From positions 2,656,001 through 2,720,000 of the forward strand of contig CBDAON010000004.1 of assembly GCA_965198065.1 (NCBI GenBank): a DNA stretch of 64,000 nucleotides, written 5' to 3'. This stretch comes from Longimicrobiales bacterium (GTDB lineage: Bacteria; Gemmatimonadota; Gemmatimonadetes; Longimicrobiales; Gaopeijiaceae). A program made the position numbers and the translations under genes. Below are positions 1 through 10,366 of this stretch, piece after piece (within the stretch, counting starts at the first letter, position 1; each line of letters opens with the position of its first letter). Below the pieces are notes generated by a model, which searched no databases, was not told the DNA's origin, and saw nothing but the letters and a program-made list of their open reading frames with translations.

Positions 1-1465
1 ACCCCGTCATCACCTCGTCGAAGATGAGAAGGACGCCGAACCTACGCGCGATCGCCTCGATTCCCCGAAGGAAATCGGGTCGGCACATCCGCATCCCGCC
101 CGCTCCCTGCACGAGCGGCTCGACGACGAGAGCCGCGTACCGCTCCGGCTCCGAGGCCAGGGCCGACTCCAGGCGCTTGAGCGCCGCGCCCTCCCGTTCG
201 GCGACGCCGTCGTCCCCGATCCACGTGTCCGCGAAGGGGAGGTGGACCACGTCGAAGAGGAGGTCCGTGTAGGTGCGGGTGAAGAGCGACCGGGCGCCCA
301 CCGCCATCGCGCCGAAGGTGTCCCCATGGTAGGCCCCCTCGAACGCCAGAAAGGTACGGCGCGCCTCACCGCGGTTGCTCCAGTGCTGGTAGGCCATCTT
401 GAGCGCGACTTCGACCGCGGTCGACCCGTCGTCCGAGTAGAAGACCCGCTCGAGCGGAGGCGGGAGGAGCCGCGTGAGCGCCTCGGTCAGTCGCTCCGCG
501 GGTTCGTGCGTGAAGCCGGCGAAGATCACGTGCTCGAGCCGCTCGGCCTGAGCGCGAATGGCGTCCGCGATCCGCGGGTTCGCGTGCCCGTGGAGGTTCA
601 CCCACCAGCTGGAGATGCAGTCGAGGAGTGTCCGGCCGTCCTCCAGCTCCAGGCGGGCGCCTCGGCCGCTCACGACACGCAGGGGCGTCGCCATCCCGCC
701 GATCGGCGTGTACGGGTACCAGAGGTTGGGATGCGAGTGGCCGGTCTCCCGCCCAGACGGGGCGGGCCCGTCCGTCCGCGCTGGGACGGCGCCCGGAGTT
801 GTCTCCCTCGGGATCGCCGCTCTCACCCCCTCCAGGTCCAACTCTCGGAACGCGTCGAGGAGCGCCTTCCGGTCGATCGGGGTGAGCCTCGGAATCTGCC
901 CCAGCACGCGGGTGGCGCCATAGTGCTCGATCGCGCTCCGGTTGCTCTCGTGTAGCTCTCCGTTCAGGACGACGCCCGCGACTTCGATCCCCCTCCGCCT
1001 GAGTTCGGAGAGCGAGAGGAGCGTGTGGTTCAGCGTCCCGAGTCCCGTGCGGGCCACCAGAAGTACGGGTAGGCCCATCCGCTCCACCACATCGACGAGA
1101 AGCGTCCGCGCGTTCAGGGGGACGAGGAGCCCACCCACCCCTTCGATCACGATCGGGCGATCGGGCGGGAGGGAGGCACGGACGATATCCTCCGGATCGA
1201 TCTCCACCCCCTCCTCCTCCGCCGCCGCGTGCGGGGACATGGGCTCGCGCAGCCGGTACACCTCGGGGAGGAAGCGGTCCGCGGTCAGTCCGGTCCAGCC
1301 GCGAACCACCTCGGTGTCCGTCGGCTCCGCCGTGCCTGCCTGGATCGGCTTCCAGTAGCGGCCGTCGAGGCCCAGCGTGAGGACGGCGCTCACCACAGTC
1401 TTCCCGACCCCGGTGTCGGTCCCGGTCACGAAGATCCGGGGTGGGGTGCTCCCGCCCATGATCAT
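1..1465 (-). CDS. bioDA: Fused dethiobiotin synthetase / DAPA aminotransferase (BioD-BioA), 3' part runs off the window
   Basis: ATG at 1465 overlaps the bioF TGA. The open frame reads IFVTGTDTGVGKT (BioD P-loop) ... IEGVGGLLVPLN ... linker ... HPNLWYPYT ... LLIFDEVMTG (class III aminotransferase) with no stop before position 1. Confidence 0.9.
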   Translation of the reverse strand, partial: MIMGGSTPPRIFVTGTDTGVGKTVVSAVLTLGLDGRYWKPIQAGTAEPTDTEVVRGWTGLTADRFLPEVYRLREPMSPHAAAEEEGVEIDPEDIVRASLPPDRPIVIEGVGGLLVPLNARTLLVDVVERMGLPVLLVARTGLGTLNHTLLSLSELRRRGIEVAGVVLNGELHESNRSAIEHYGATRVLGQIPRLTPIDRKALLDAFRELDLEGVRAAIPRETTPGAVPARTDGPAPSGRETGHSHPNLWYPYTPIGGMATPLRVVSGRGARLELEDGRTLLDCISSWWVNLHGHANPRIADAIRAQAERLEHVIFAGFTHEPAERLTEALTRLLPPPLERVFYSDDGSTAVEVALKMAYQHWSNRGEARRTFLAFEGAYHGDTFGAMAVGARSLFTRTYTDLLFDVVHLPFADTWIGDDGVAEREGAALKRLESALASEPERYAALVVEPLVQGAGGMRMCRPDFLRGIEAIARRFGVLLIFDEVMTG

Positions 1466-2652
1466 GGGCCGGTCCCACCGGGGCTGGGCCGCTGCTCGCA
1501 GAACTCCGAGAGGGCGCCGATCAACGCGGTCACATGATCCCGGGTGTGGAGGCGGCTCAGGCTGATGCGCAGCCGGGAGGTGCCAGCCGGTACCGCGGGG
1601 GGGCGGATGGCGACGGCGAGAATCGCTCGCGACTCGAGGTGCGCCGAGCATTCGAGCGCGCTGCGCTCGTCATCGAGCCCGATCGGCACGATCTGGGTGT
1701 CCGACGGGGAGGTGTCGAATCCTGCGTCTGCGAGCCGTTTGTGCGCCTCTGCCACCCGTCTCAGATACCGTTCCTGTTGGAGCTCCCCGCCCCTCACCTT
1801 TTGGAGCGCCACGGTCACGGCGCCAATCGTCGGCGGGGGCGGCGCGGTCGAATAGATGAACCCTCCGCAGAAGTTCACGAGGTGGGTGCGGAGCGTTTCC
1901 GGCGATGAAATGAACGCGCCGGACGCGCCGAAGGCCTTCCCGAAGGTCCCCAGAACGAGGTCGACCCGCTCGTGATCCGGCGCGAGCCCCCTGCCTGTGG
2001 GTCCCCAGACCCCGATGGCGTGGGCATCGTCCACCATGAGGAGCGCGCCGTGTCGTTCCGCCACGTCGCAGATCTCGGCCAGCGGGGCCCGGTCGCCGTC
2101 CATGCTGAAGACGGACTCGGTTACGATGAGGCGTACGCAGCCCGAGCCCCCGTTCTCGCGGGCGATCAGCTTCTCCAGGTGCTCCGGATCGTTGTGCTCG
2201 AAGCGGAGCAGCCGGGCTCGGCTGAGCTGCGCTCCGCGGAGGATGCTGTGGTGCGAGCGCCGATCGCAGAGAACGACGCCCGTCCGGTCCACGAGCGCGG
2301 GGATAATAGACGTGTTCGCCTGGTATCCCGAGGGGAAGAGGAGGGCTGCCTCGCGCCCCGTGAAGGCCGCCAGCTCGGTCTCGAGGTCCTCATGGATTGT
2401 GAGACCGCCCGAGACGAGGCGGGACGCCCCGGCGCCCGCCCCGTAGAGGCGTGCGTAGGATGCCGCGCCCTCCTCCACCTCGGGGTCCACCGCCAGGCCG
2501 AGATAGTCGTTCGAGCAGAAGTTGAGGAGGCGTGCTCCGTTCCGGACGACGAAGGGACCGCCCGACTCGGGCCGGTGGTGCCGGAGCACACGCAGGCGAT
2601 CGTCGCGAGCGCGCCGCTCGAGACCTTCCTCGAAGGGCCGCAGCCGACTCAT
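1462..2652 (-). CDS. bioF: 8-amino-7-oxononanoate synthase
   Basis: Motifs NFCSNDYLGL, FPSGYQAN, ESVFSMDGD, DDAH, GTFGKAFG, AIRPP; ATG at 2652 preferred over the longer ORF start. Confidence 0.95.
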   Translation of the reverse strand: MSRLRPFEEGLERRARDDRLRVLRHHRPESGGPFVVRNGARLLNFCSNDYLGLAVDPEVEEGAASYARLYGAGAGASRLVSGGLTIHEDLETELAAFTGREAALLFPSGYQANTSIIPALVDRTGVVLCDRRSHHSILRGAQLSRARLLRFEHNDPEHLEKLIARENGGSGCVRLIVTESVFSMDGDRAPLAEICDVAERHGALLMVDDAHAIGVWGPTGRGLAPDHERVDLVLGTFGKAFGASGAFISSPETLRTHLVNFCGGFIYSTAPPPPTIGAVTVALQKVRGGELQQERYLRRVAEAHKRLADAGFDTSPSDTQIVPIGLDDERSALECSAHLESRAILAVAIRPPAVPAGTSRLRISLSRLHTRDHVTALIGALSEFCEQRPSPGGTGP

Positions 2653-2748
2653 GGCGTCCGGCCCGGGAGGGTCCGGTCCTGGCCCGCGGCCCGGCGAGGT
2701 AGCAAGTTCGGCGGGGGCGTCCGACGACTCCGCCGGAGACGTGCTTCG

Positions 2749-2976
2749 TTGATCTTTCTGGACAAGCATCGCGCGAGCGAACCGCCGGAGCGGCTCGAGT
2801 GGAGGGTCGGGATCTTCGCGCTCGGAGCGGCCCTCGCCCTGGCCGGCATGATGCTCTCGAGCGAATGGCTCATCCTCTCGGCGATCGCGGTCCTCCTCGC
2901 CGGCTTCCTCCTCCGCCTCACCCCGCGAGGGCGCCCGAGCGAGCCAGACGATCGCGACCCGGACCGTGGTTCCTAG
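2749..2976 (+). CDS. Small two-TM membrane protein (hypothetical)
   Basis: TTG start; two hydrophobic stretches (GIFALGAALALAGMML, WLILSAIAVLLAGFLL). Confidence 0.55.
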   Translation: MIFLDKHRASEPPERLEWRVGIFALGAALALAGMMLSSEWLILSAIAVLLAGFLLRLTPRGRPSEPDDRDPDRGS

Positions 2977-3127
2977 TGGACTCCAACCGGGGGTCGCCGA
3001 ACGGGAGGAGGTCCGCGATCTCGCTCCCGGTGAGGGCTCGTTGACGTCGGCTCGAACCCGTCGGAAGGCGACCCGCGCATGGCTTGGAAAGAGCCGGGGC
3101 TCAGCGGGCCTGCGAACGTAGTCGTCG

Positions 3128-4366
3128 ATGCCGGCTTCCACCAGCCGGCCCCCCGGGACCCGCTCTCGCATGGGGACGCCCGGCGTCCACACGCAGGTTT
3201 GGAGGGTGCCTCCCTGCCGGATTCCGCCCCCTTCTTCGGCCTTACTAGACGCGGTCCTGCGGGATCGCTTCGGGTACCGCGCGTTCCGGACCGGTCAGCG
3301 GGAGCTCGTTGAGGCGGCGCTCGCCGGGCGGGATGCAATGGGGATCCTCCCCACGGGGGCAGGGAAGACGATCTGCTACCAGGTTCCCGCAATGATGCTG
3401 GGCGGACTGACCGTCGTCGTGAGCCCCCTCGTCTCACTCATGGAGGACCAGCTCCGGCGGGCCCGAGCCGTGGGGCTGGACGCCCGGGCCCTCCACTCGG
3501 GCTCTCTCGTCCAGGGTGGCGTCGGCCTCCTCCTCCTCGCTCCCGAGCGCCTGGAGAGCGAGCGCTTCCGCTCCCTTCTCCCTCGGCTCGAGATCTCCCT
3601 CGTCGCCGTGGACGAGGCCCACTGCATCTCGATGTGGGGGCACGACTTTCGTCCCGCGTACCGCGCCATCGGGGCACTCAGGGACTCGGTTCCGGCCCCG
3701 GTCCTGGCGCTCACGGCGACGGCCACGCCCCGCGTCCGCTCGGACATTGAGCGAGCCCTCCGCATGAAGAGACCGGTTCGCTTCGTTGGGAGCTTCGACC
3801 GGCCGAACCTAATCTGGGCGGTCCGCCCCGTGCGGCGGGCGGAGGCGTATCACGCGGGGCTCCCTACTCCGGAGCGCGCCCGAGTGCAGGCGTACTTCCT
3901 CGAGAATCCGGCGCCGGTGGTGGTCGCGACGAACGCCTTCGGAATGGGAATCGATCGGGCGGATGTACGACTGGTAGTGCACGACCAGTTGCCGGGCTCT
4001 CTCGAGGACTATTACCAGGAGGCCGGTCGCGCCGGCCGGGACGGTGAGCGGGCGCTGTGCCTCGCGCTCGTCAGCCCGGAGGACGCGCGGGTTCACCGAT
4101 CCTTCCTCGACCGCGCCCACCCGCCCATCCGACGCTGGCGTGAGGCGTGGGCCCTCGCGGTCGGCCGCGGCCTCGGCGATCGGATCGAGCTCCGGCGGAG
4201 AGGGAAGGAGAAGCTCCGGGCCGTCCGTCGGTATGCGACGTCTAGAGCCTGTCGCCGGAGGCTCATCCTGGAGTGGTTTGGCGAACGCGACGGCCCTTAC
4301 CGCTGCGCCGCGTGCGACCGGTGCCTCGGGATGGCCGGGGTGGTGGGCCAACCGGGGATCCGATAG
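3128..4366 (+). CDS. recQ: RecQ-family DEAH helicase, internally shortened (start uncertain)
   Basis: [59 protein letters not shown]-terminal Zn motif CRR...CAACDRC. Confidence 0.85.
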   Translation: MPASTSRPPGTRSRMGTPGVHTQVWRVPPCRIPPPSSALLDAVLRDRFGYRAFRTGQRELVEAALAGRDAMGILPTGAGKTICYQVPAMMLGGLTVVVSPLVSLMEDQLRRARAVGLDARALHSGSLVQGGVGLLLLAPERLESERFRSLLPRLEISLVAVDEAHCISMWGHDFRPAYRAIGALRDSVPAPVLALTATATPRVRSDIERALRMKRPVRFVGSFDRPNLIWAVRPVRRAEAYHAGLPTPERARVQAYFLENPAPVVVATNAFGMGIDRADVRLVVHDQLPGSLEDYYQEAGRAGRDGERALCLALVSPEDARVHRSFLDRAHPPIRRWREAWALAVGRGLGDRIELRRRGKEKLRAVRRYATSRACRRRLILEWFGERDGPYRCAACDRCLGMAGVVGQPGIR

Positions 4367-4666
4367 TTTTTTCCGGGGCAATGGAGCCGATTCGTCGGTC
4401 ATCCCCGGCGATTGGCCGGTCTTTTTTGGCAGGACGATGCACTATTCCTCGCGCGCGGCGGTGCCTCCGCGCGCGCAGTCGTCGTGTGATGTTCCTTCGC
4501 CTAGCGGCGGAGGGAACGCGGGACCTGATTAGCAGGGCGGCGTTCACTGCCGGGCCCTCGAGGCGGCCGACTCCGGTTTGTCCGACAGCATGTCGGACGT
4601 CGGGAGCGGCGCCACGAGCGGCGCGGGAGGAGCCCGATCCCCGGCTTCAGGCCCGAGGAGTCTTAC

Positions 4667-6235
4667 TTGAAAAGAGAGATTCTGATCAGCGCGACTCCGC
4701 GGGAGTCGTGGGTCGCGCTGATGGAAGAAGACCGCTTGGTCGAGCTCATGCTCGACCGGCCGGATCAGGGTCGCATCGTAGGAGACATCTTCCTCGGCAC
4801 GGTAGAGGCCGTGCTCCCGGGAATCCAGGCCGCCTTCGTGGACATCGGCACCGAGAAGGCGGGTTTCCTCCATGCCTCCGACCTCGTCGACGCGGAGGAG
4901 GAGGACGACGACGACCGGAACGAGGGACAGGCCCGGGACCGCGCCGGAGACGGACGCAGGGACCGTCCCCAGAAGTTCCCACCCATCCAGGAGCAGGTCA
5001 CTCGGGGACAGCGGATCCTAGTGCAGGTCACGAAGGAGCCGATCGGCACCAAGGGTCCCCGGCTTTCGGCGCAGGTCTCGCTTCCAGGGCGGTTTCTCGT
5101 CTACATGCCGTTCTCGGACCACGTCGGGATCAGCCGGAAGATCGATCAGCGGGACGAGCGGGCGCGCCTCCGCGCGCTCGCGAGGGAGATCCGGCCAGAA
5201 GGCTCGGGCGGCCTCATCATCCGGACCGTGTCCGAGGAGACGAGCAAGGAGAGGCTGGAGAAGGAGTTCCAGCGGCTTCACGCCCTCTGGTCCAAGATCA
5301 AGCGCCGCGCGGACTCGTCCAAGCCGCCCGAGCTCGTCCACCGCGAGGCCAAGCTCATCTCGGGCGTGATCCGGGACCTGTTCTCGGATAAGCTGGACCG
5401 GCTGATCGTCGACGACAAGCAGGTCTACAACGAGATCGCCCAGTACGTGAAGAGCGTGGACCCGGACCTCATGGGCCGGATCCAGCTCGACAAGGACCCG
5501 GTACCCCTCTTCGATCGTTACGGGATCGAGGACGGGATCGCAGAGGCGTTCCAGAAGAAGGTGATCCTTCCCTCGGGTGGCTACATCGTCGTGGAGTCAA
5601 CCGAGGCGCTGGTCTCGATCGACGTGAACACCGGTCGGTTCACGGGGAAGGGGAAGAAGGATCCCGAGGAGACGATCCTGCGCACGAACCTGGACGCCGC
5701 GCGGGAGATCGCCCGGCAGCTCCGGCTCCGGGACATCGGCGGGATCATCGTCGTGGATTTCATCGACATGGAGTCGCAGGAAAACCGGGACCGGGTGCTC
5801 CAGGAGCTGAGAACCCAGCTGGGGCGGGACCGGGCGCGTACGAGGGCGTATGCGGTCTCGGAGCTCGGCCTGATCGAGATGACCCGTCAGAGGGTGCGCC
5901 CGTCACTCTTCCATACGCTGTCGAGGGAGTGCGAGCACTGTGGGGGGGCGGGCCGCGTTTTCACGCCCCCGACGGTCGTGCGGCGGCTCGAGCGGAGCCT
6001 GAAGCGCGCGGTCGCCTCGGGAAATGAGCGCTCGCTTCTTCTCCTTGTCCACCCGGAAGTGGCCCTCCACGTGATCGAGGAGGAGCCCGACTTCCTAAAC
6101 CGCATTCGGAACCGCATGCAGATCCAGCTCGAGCTCCGTGACGATCCGCTTCTGCGGGAGGACGAGTTTCGAATCCTGTCCGGGCCGGCAGAGACAGACG
6201 TGACCGAGAGGTATCTGACGCCTCAGGCGGGTTGA
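4667..6235 (+). CDS. rng: Rne/Rng family ribonuclease (RNase G-like)
   Basis: S1 domain (AAFVDIG..GFLH), KEPIGTKGPRL, IDVNTG, LRDIGGIIVVDFIDM, CxxCxG Zn link. Confidence 0.93.
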   Translation: MKREILISATPRESWVALMEEDRLVELMLDRPDQGRIVGDIFLGTVEAVLPGIQAAFVDIGTEKAGFLHASDLVDAEEEDDDDRNEGQARDRAGDGRRDRPQKFPPIQEQVTRGQRILVQVTKEPIGTKGPRLSAQVSLPGRFLVYMPFSDHVGISRKIDQRDERARLRALAREIRPEGSGGLIIRTVSEETSKERLEKEFQRLHALWSKIKRRADSSKPPELVHREAKLISGVIRDLFSDKLDRLIVDDKQVYNEIAQYVKSVDPDLMGRIQLDKDPVPLFDRYGIEDGIAEAFQKKVILPSGGYIVVESTEALVSIDVNTGRFTGKGKKDPEETILRTNLDAAREIARQLRLRDIGGIIVVDFIDMESQENRDRVLQELRTQLGRDRARTRAYAVSELGLIEMTRQRVRPSLFHTLSRECEHCGGAGRVFTPPTVVRRLERSLKRAVASGNERSLLLLVHPEVALHVIEEEPDFLNRIRNRMQIQLELRDDPLLREDEFRILSGPAETDVTERYLTPQAG

Positions 6236-6303
6236 CCCGGAGGGGGCGCGCCCCCGAGATTCCCAGGTTCGTTACGGACGGGGTCACACGCGCGAGGCAT
6301 GCG

Positions 6304-6615
6304 ATGTATGCCGTTTTCCGGACGGGGGGGAAGCAGTTCCGAGCCGCCCCGGGAGAGTCTCTGAGGGTTCCGCACCTCACGGCCGAGCCAGGCGAGACCG
6401 TCGAGTTCGCCGACGTGCTCCTCGTCGCCGACGGAGACGACCTGAAGATCGGACGACCCGTCGTGGACGGCGCGTCGGTCACGGCGTCCGTTGTGGGCCA
6501 CGGGCGCGAGAAGAAGATCATCGTCTTCAAGCGGAAGCGCCGGAAGAACTTCCGCAGGAAGCAGAGTCACCGTCAGGGTTACACCGAGATCCGGGTCGAC
6601 GGGATCTCGGGCTGA
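6304..6615 (+). CDS. rplU: 50S ribosomal protein L21
   Basis: MYAVFRTGGKQFR ... KIIVFKRKRRKNFRRKQSHRQ. Confidence 0.97.
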   Translation: MYAVFRTGGKQFRAAPGESLRVPHLTAEPGETVEFADVLLVADGDDLKIGRPVVDGASVTASVVGHGREKKIIVFKRKRRKNFRRKQSHRQGYTEIRVDGISG

Positions 6616-6630
6616 ACTGGAAGCACGTTC

Positions 6631-6885
6631 ATGGCGCACAAGAAGGGTGTAGGCTCCAGCAGAAACGGGCGGGATAGCAATCCCAGCTACCTCGGCATCA
6701 AGAGGTACGGTGGCGAGAGCGTCCTGGCGGGGGGGATCCTGGTTCGTCAGCGGGGCACCCAGTTCCACCCCGGTCGGAACGTTCAACGGGGCGGGGACGA
6801 CACGCTCTTCGCAATCGTCGACGGCGTGGTCCGCTTCGAGACGCTCCGCCGTCGCCCGTCCGTGTCGGTCTATCCCGCGGAGTAA
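6631..6885 (+). CDS. rpmA: 50S ribosomal protein L27
   Basis: [16 protein letters not shown] ... ILVRQRGT. Confidence 0.98.
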   Translation: MAHKKGVGSSRNGRDSNPSYLGIKRYGGESVLAGGILVRQRGTQFHPGRNVQRGGDDTLFAIVDGVVRFETLRRRPSVSVYPAE

Positions 6886-7106
6886 CGCTGCCGGGCCCGC
6901 TCGAACGGCGCCCCGGATCCGCCGCTGGGCGGAATCCTCTCCCCACCACACGCACACGATCCGCTCGGCCCAAAGCGATCGGATTCCGTCGGTTTTTGGG
7001 ACGGCCTACGTGTCCGTCCAGCGGATCCTCCGCTCCGACTGGAGGTACGAGCAGCGTCTGTACTCCTCGTCCATGGAGGCCCCGATCTGATGATGGAGGC
7101 CCCGAC

Positions 7107-8144
7107 ATGATGGATGACCACCGGAAGGGGAAGGTGCCGGACGCCCCGTCGTCGGCTGGCCCCGAGCGACGGCGGCGCCCCAGGACGGCGCTGGGGGCCC
7201 TCGTGGCGGCGCTTCCGACTGCCGTGCGGGTCGGCCTATCCGCTGCGGCGCTCGTGTCGGTCGCCCTGATCTTCCTCGCATGGTCGGGTACCCGCGTGAC
7301 ACCCGAGCCCGAGCCCGTGACTCCGATCCCCGGCGTCGCGTCGCTCATCGACGGTCGCCTGCCCGTGACCGTGAACGATCGGGTTGAATTCTGGATCCGG
7401 CAATTCCTCGACGGGGGGCGAGAGAGCTTCGAGGGATACCTGGTTCGGGAGGGGCTCTACGGCGGGATGATCCGCGAACGTCTGAGGGCGCGAGGCATGC
7501 CGGAAGAACTCCTCTATCTGGCCCTCATTGAGTCGGGGTTCTCGCCGGCCGCGACCTCCAGGGTCGAGGCGTCCGGGGTCTGGCAGTTCATGGGCGAGAC
7601 GGCGCTCGCCTACGGCCTCACGGTGGACTACTGGGTGGATGAGCGACGCGACCCGATCCGCGCGACGGATGCCGCGCTCGACTACCTTGAGGAGTTGTAT
7701 GCCCTGTTCGGCTCCTGGCACCTGGCCGCGGCGGCGTACAACGCCGGTCCATCCCGCGTGGCGCTGGCGCTCGAGCGTTACGACGCTGGGGGACGCGTGG
7801 ACGAGGAGGTCTACTGGGAGATCAGCGAGCACCTGCCCCGGGAGACTCGCGAATATGTGCCGAAGATGCTCGCCGCGACCCTGCTGGCGCAGCGCGCGGA
7901 GCACTTCGGCCTCACGGTCGAGAAGTCGGTACCGTACCTCTTCGAGAAGGTCTTCGTCCCGGGCGGAACCCCGCTCGGGAAGGTCTCGCAGGCGCTCGAC
8001 GTCCAGCCTTCCCTGATCCGGGAGATGAACCCGCACCTGATCCGCGGCGTAACTCCGCCGGGTGGGCCCTATCTGCTCAGGGTGCCCCTGGGGGATTCGC
8101 ATCGGCTGGTCGCTTCGCTCGATCGGCCGGGGCCGAGCGAGTAG
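7107..8144 (+). CDS. Membrane-anchored lytic transglycosylase (MltD/SLT-like)
   Basis: N-terminal TM; LALIESGF, ASGVWQFM, DERRDP, AAAAYNAG, PRETREYVPK. Confidence 0.9.
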   Translation: MMDDHRKGKVPDAPSSAGPERRRRPRTALGALVAALPTAVRVGLSAAALVSVALIFLAWSGTRVTPEPEPVTPIPGVASLIDGRLPVTVNDRVEFWIRQFLDGGRESFEGYLVREGLYGGMIRERLRARGMPEELLYLALIESGFSPAATSRVEASGVWQFMGETALAYGLTVDYWVDERRDPIRATDAALDYLEELYALFGSWHLAAAAYNAGPSRVALALERYDAGGRVDEEVYWEISEHLPRETREYVPKMLAATLLAQRAEHFGLTVEKSVPYLFEKVFVPGGTPLGKVSQALDVQPSLIREMNPHLIRGVTPPGGPYLLRVPLGDSHRLVASLDRPGPSE

Positions 8145-8165
8145 CGCCGCTTCGACGCGACTACT

Positions 8166-8543
8166 CTACGAGCGATCCGTGGTGCGCAGGTCCCGGGGTC
8201 CTCCGCGCTCTGGCCATCCCGTGGGCCTCCCCTCCTGGATGGCCCTCGCCGAGGCGATGATCCGCCAGATCACATCCCGCGTCATCTCCTCGTCCACCTC
8301 CAGGTCCCGTGCGCGCGCGGCGGCGTTTCGCACGACCTGGGCTTCGCGCCCGGGGTCCATGACCCCAAGCCCCAGGATGGCCTTGAGACGTCCGATCTGG
8401 AGGACCAGCTCCCGCCGTTCACCGATCGTACGGATGAGGCGGTCGTCCACCTCGGTGATCCGCTCGCGGGCCCGCTCGAGCTCCCGCTCCGCCTCCTCCC
8501 GTGACGTCGGATCGGCGGAGCCCTCCCCGGCCGCGCGCGTCAC
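8166..8543 (-). CDS. Chorismate mutase type II (AroQ-like)
   Basis: RERITEVDDRLIRTIGERRELVLQIGRLK ... DPGRE. Confidence 0.85.
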   Translation of the reverse strand: MTRAAGEGSADPTSREEAERELERARERITEVDDRLIRTIGERRELVLQIGRLKAILGLGVMDPGREAQVVRNAAARARDLEVDEEMTRDVIWRIIASARAIQEGRPTGWPERGGPRDLRTTDRS

Positions 8544-8884
8544 CGGTCGTCGCCTCGCACTTCCGCCACGGCTTCAAGGGCCTTTACGACCTCGTCGATC
8601 AAGGAACGCGTACCGGCGGACGAGAGACCCTCGGCACCCACCTGGGAGCGGAGCCGCCGGAGGCGGACCAGAGCCGCGTGCAGACGCCCGTCCGGGCCGC
8701 TGCCGGTGGCTTCGTCGCCAAAGGGTGACGGAGCGCTCCCCTCGTCGGAGGAACCTTCGCCGAAGAGCCCCTCGAGCGACGGGGCGCTGGCGTCACGATC
8801 TTCGTCCATTGCGGCCTGAACATCGGGAGCCAGGGTGCGCCCGGCAAGAAGTCCGGGAATTGCCAGACGGTCTGCACGGGACAT
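8540..8884 (-). CDS. Hypothetical protein (start uncertain)
   Basis: Stop overlaps the chorismate mutase start (GTGA). Confidence 0.45.
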   Translation of the reverse strand: MSRADRLAIPGLLAGRTLAPDVQAAMDEDRDASAPSLEGLFGEGSSDEGSAPSPFGDEATGSGPDGRLHAALVRLRRLRSQVGAEGLSSAGTRSLIDEVVKALEAVAEVRGDDR

Positions 8885-8932
8885 AGCTTTGAACTACACA
8901 GCGATCGTTGACCCGAACGCGAGTCTTGAGCC

Positions 8933-10366
8933 GTGCGCCATGGTGTGATCGCGCGATCGGGGTCGGCCGCGTTGAGCTTCTGGATCGCCGCCGTCCTCGC
9001 CCCCGCTTCGACCGAGTCGCAGATCACTGACCCATCCGGGCCCGTGTACCGGGTGCCGGTCCAGGGGGTGATCGAGCTCGGCCTCGCTCCGTTCATTGAG
9101 CGAAGCCTCGAAGAGGCAGCCCAGGCGGGAGCCGCCGCCGTGATCCTGGACGTGGACACCCCGGGTGGGCGCGTGGACGCGGCCGAGCGGATCACGAACG
9201 CCCTCGGCGATTCTCGCGTTCCCGTCTTCGCTCTCGTGAACCGGCACGCTTACTCCGCCGGCGCGATGATCGCGCTGGCGACGGATCGGATCTACATGCG
9301 TCCCGGCTCCGTGATTGGCGCCGCGACACCGGTGGACGCGACGGGCGAGAGGGCGCCCGAGAAGATTGTCTCCGCAATGCGAAGTGCGATGCGGGCGCTC
9401 GCCGAGACGCACGGGTTGGACCCAGCCGTGGCCGAGGCGATGGTGGACGAGGCGATCGGGATCCCGGGGGTGACCGAGTCGGGGCAGCTCCTCACGCTCA
9501 CGACGGAAGAGGCGGTGGACCTGGGCTACGCGGTCGAGGTCGAGGACTGGTCCTCCATGGTGTCGGCGCTCGGGGTTGCGCAGAGCGAGGTTGTGGACCA
9601 GGACGTGAACTGGGCCGAGCTCGTCGTGCGCTTCCTCTCGCACCCGCTCGTGTCTCCGTTCCTCCTCTCGCTCGGTTTCCTCGGGCTCCTCGTGGAGGTG
9701 CGCACGCCGGGAATCGGGCTCGCCGGGCTCGTCGGGGCGCTCTCCCTCGGGCTCTTCTTCGGATCGCACCTCATCATCGGCCTCGCCGGGCTCGAGGGCG
9801 TCCTCGTATTCCTGCTCGGCACGGTGCTCCTCCTAGTGGAGGTCTTCCTCGTGCCCGGGTTCGGGATCTTCGGGGCCCTGGGGGCGGCGGCCATGCTCGG
9901 CGGCGCCTACCTCTCCCTGCTCGGCGGACTCCCTACCGTTGACGACTTCACCAGGGCCGGGAGCGTGCTCACGGGCTCCCTCGTGATCGCGCTCCTCGGG
10001 TCCTGGGTCCTCATCAAGCGGCTCCCGGCGAGCCGGCGACTCACGAACCTCGGGATCTTCCTCGGACAGGAGACGAGCCGTGAGAGCGGCTTCACCTCCG
10101 CCGAGCTCAGGAGCGACCTGATCGGAGCGGAGGGCGTCGCGCTCACGGACCTACGACCGGCGGGCACGGGGCTCTTCGGCGAGGAGCGGGTCGATGTCGT
10201 GTCCGAGTCCGAGTGGATCGAGCACGGGAGCCCGATCCGGATCGTGTCCGCGGAGGGGTACCGGCGCATCGTGAGGCTTGTCCAGAGACCGGCGCTCGAG
10301 AGCAGGCCTGTAGAAGAAGCGCGACCCGCAGGTGGCGCAACCCGCGCAGGAGAACAGGCGGAATGA
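8933..10366 (+). CDS. nfeD: NfeD-family membrane-bound serine protease (ClpP-like domain, TM region, OB fold)
   Basis: [23 protein letters not shown], multiple TMs, C-terminal TDLRPAG. Confidence 0.92.
   Translation: MRHGVIARSGSAALSFWIAAVLAPASTESQITDPSGPVYRVPVQGVIELGLAPFIERSLEEAAQAGAAAVILDVDTPGGRVDAAERITNALGDSRVPVFALVNRHAYSAGAMIALATDRIYMRPGSVIGAATPVDATGERAPEKIVSAMRSAMRALAETHGLDPAVAEAMVDEAIGIPGVTESGQLLTLTTEEAVDLGYAVEVEDWSSMVSALGVAQSEVVDQDVNWAELVVRFLSHPLVSPFLLSLGFLGLLVEVRTPGIGLAGLVGALSLGLFFGSHLIIGLAGLEGVLVFLLGTVLLLVEVFLVPGFGIFGALGAAAMLGGAYLSLLGGLPTVDDFTRAGSVLTGSLVIALLGSWVLIKRLPASRRLTNLGIFLGQETSRESGFTSAELRSDLIGAEGVALTDLRPAGTGLFGEERVDVVSESEWIEHGSPIRIVSAEGYRRIVRLVQRPALESRPVEEARPAGGATRAGEQAE

Noticed and set aside
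366..1478. Long alternative-frame or antisense ORFs (for example 366-1478, 13733-15373, 36319-37473, 52158-53777)
   Set aside because: They are shadow ORFs of high-GC genes, Arg/Pro/Gly-rich with no motifs.
7073..7105. Direct repeat ATGGAGGCCCCGA upstream of the transglycosylase
   Set aside because: Only two copies; most simply a local duplication of the RBS region.
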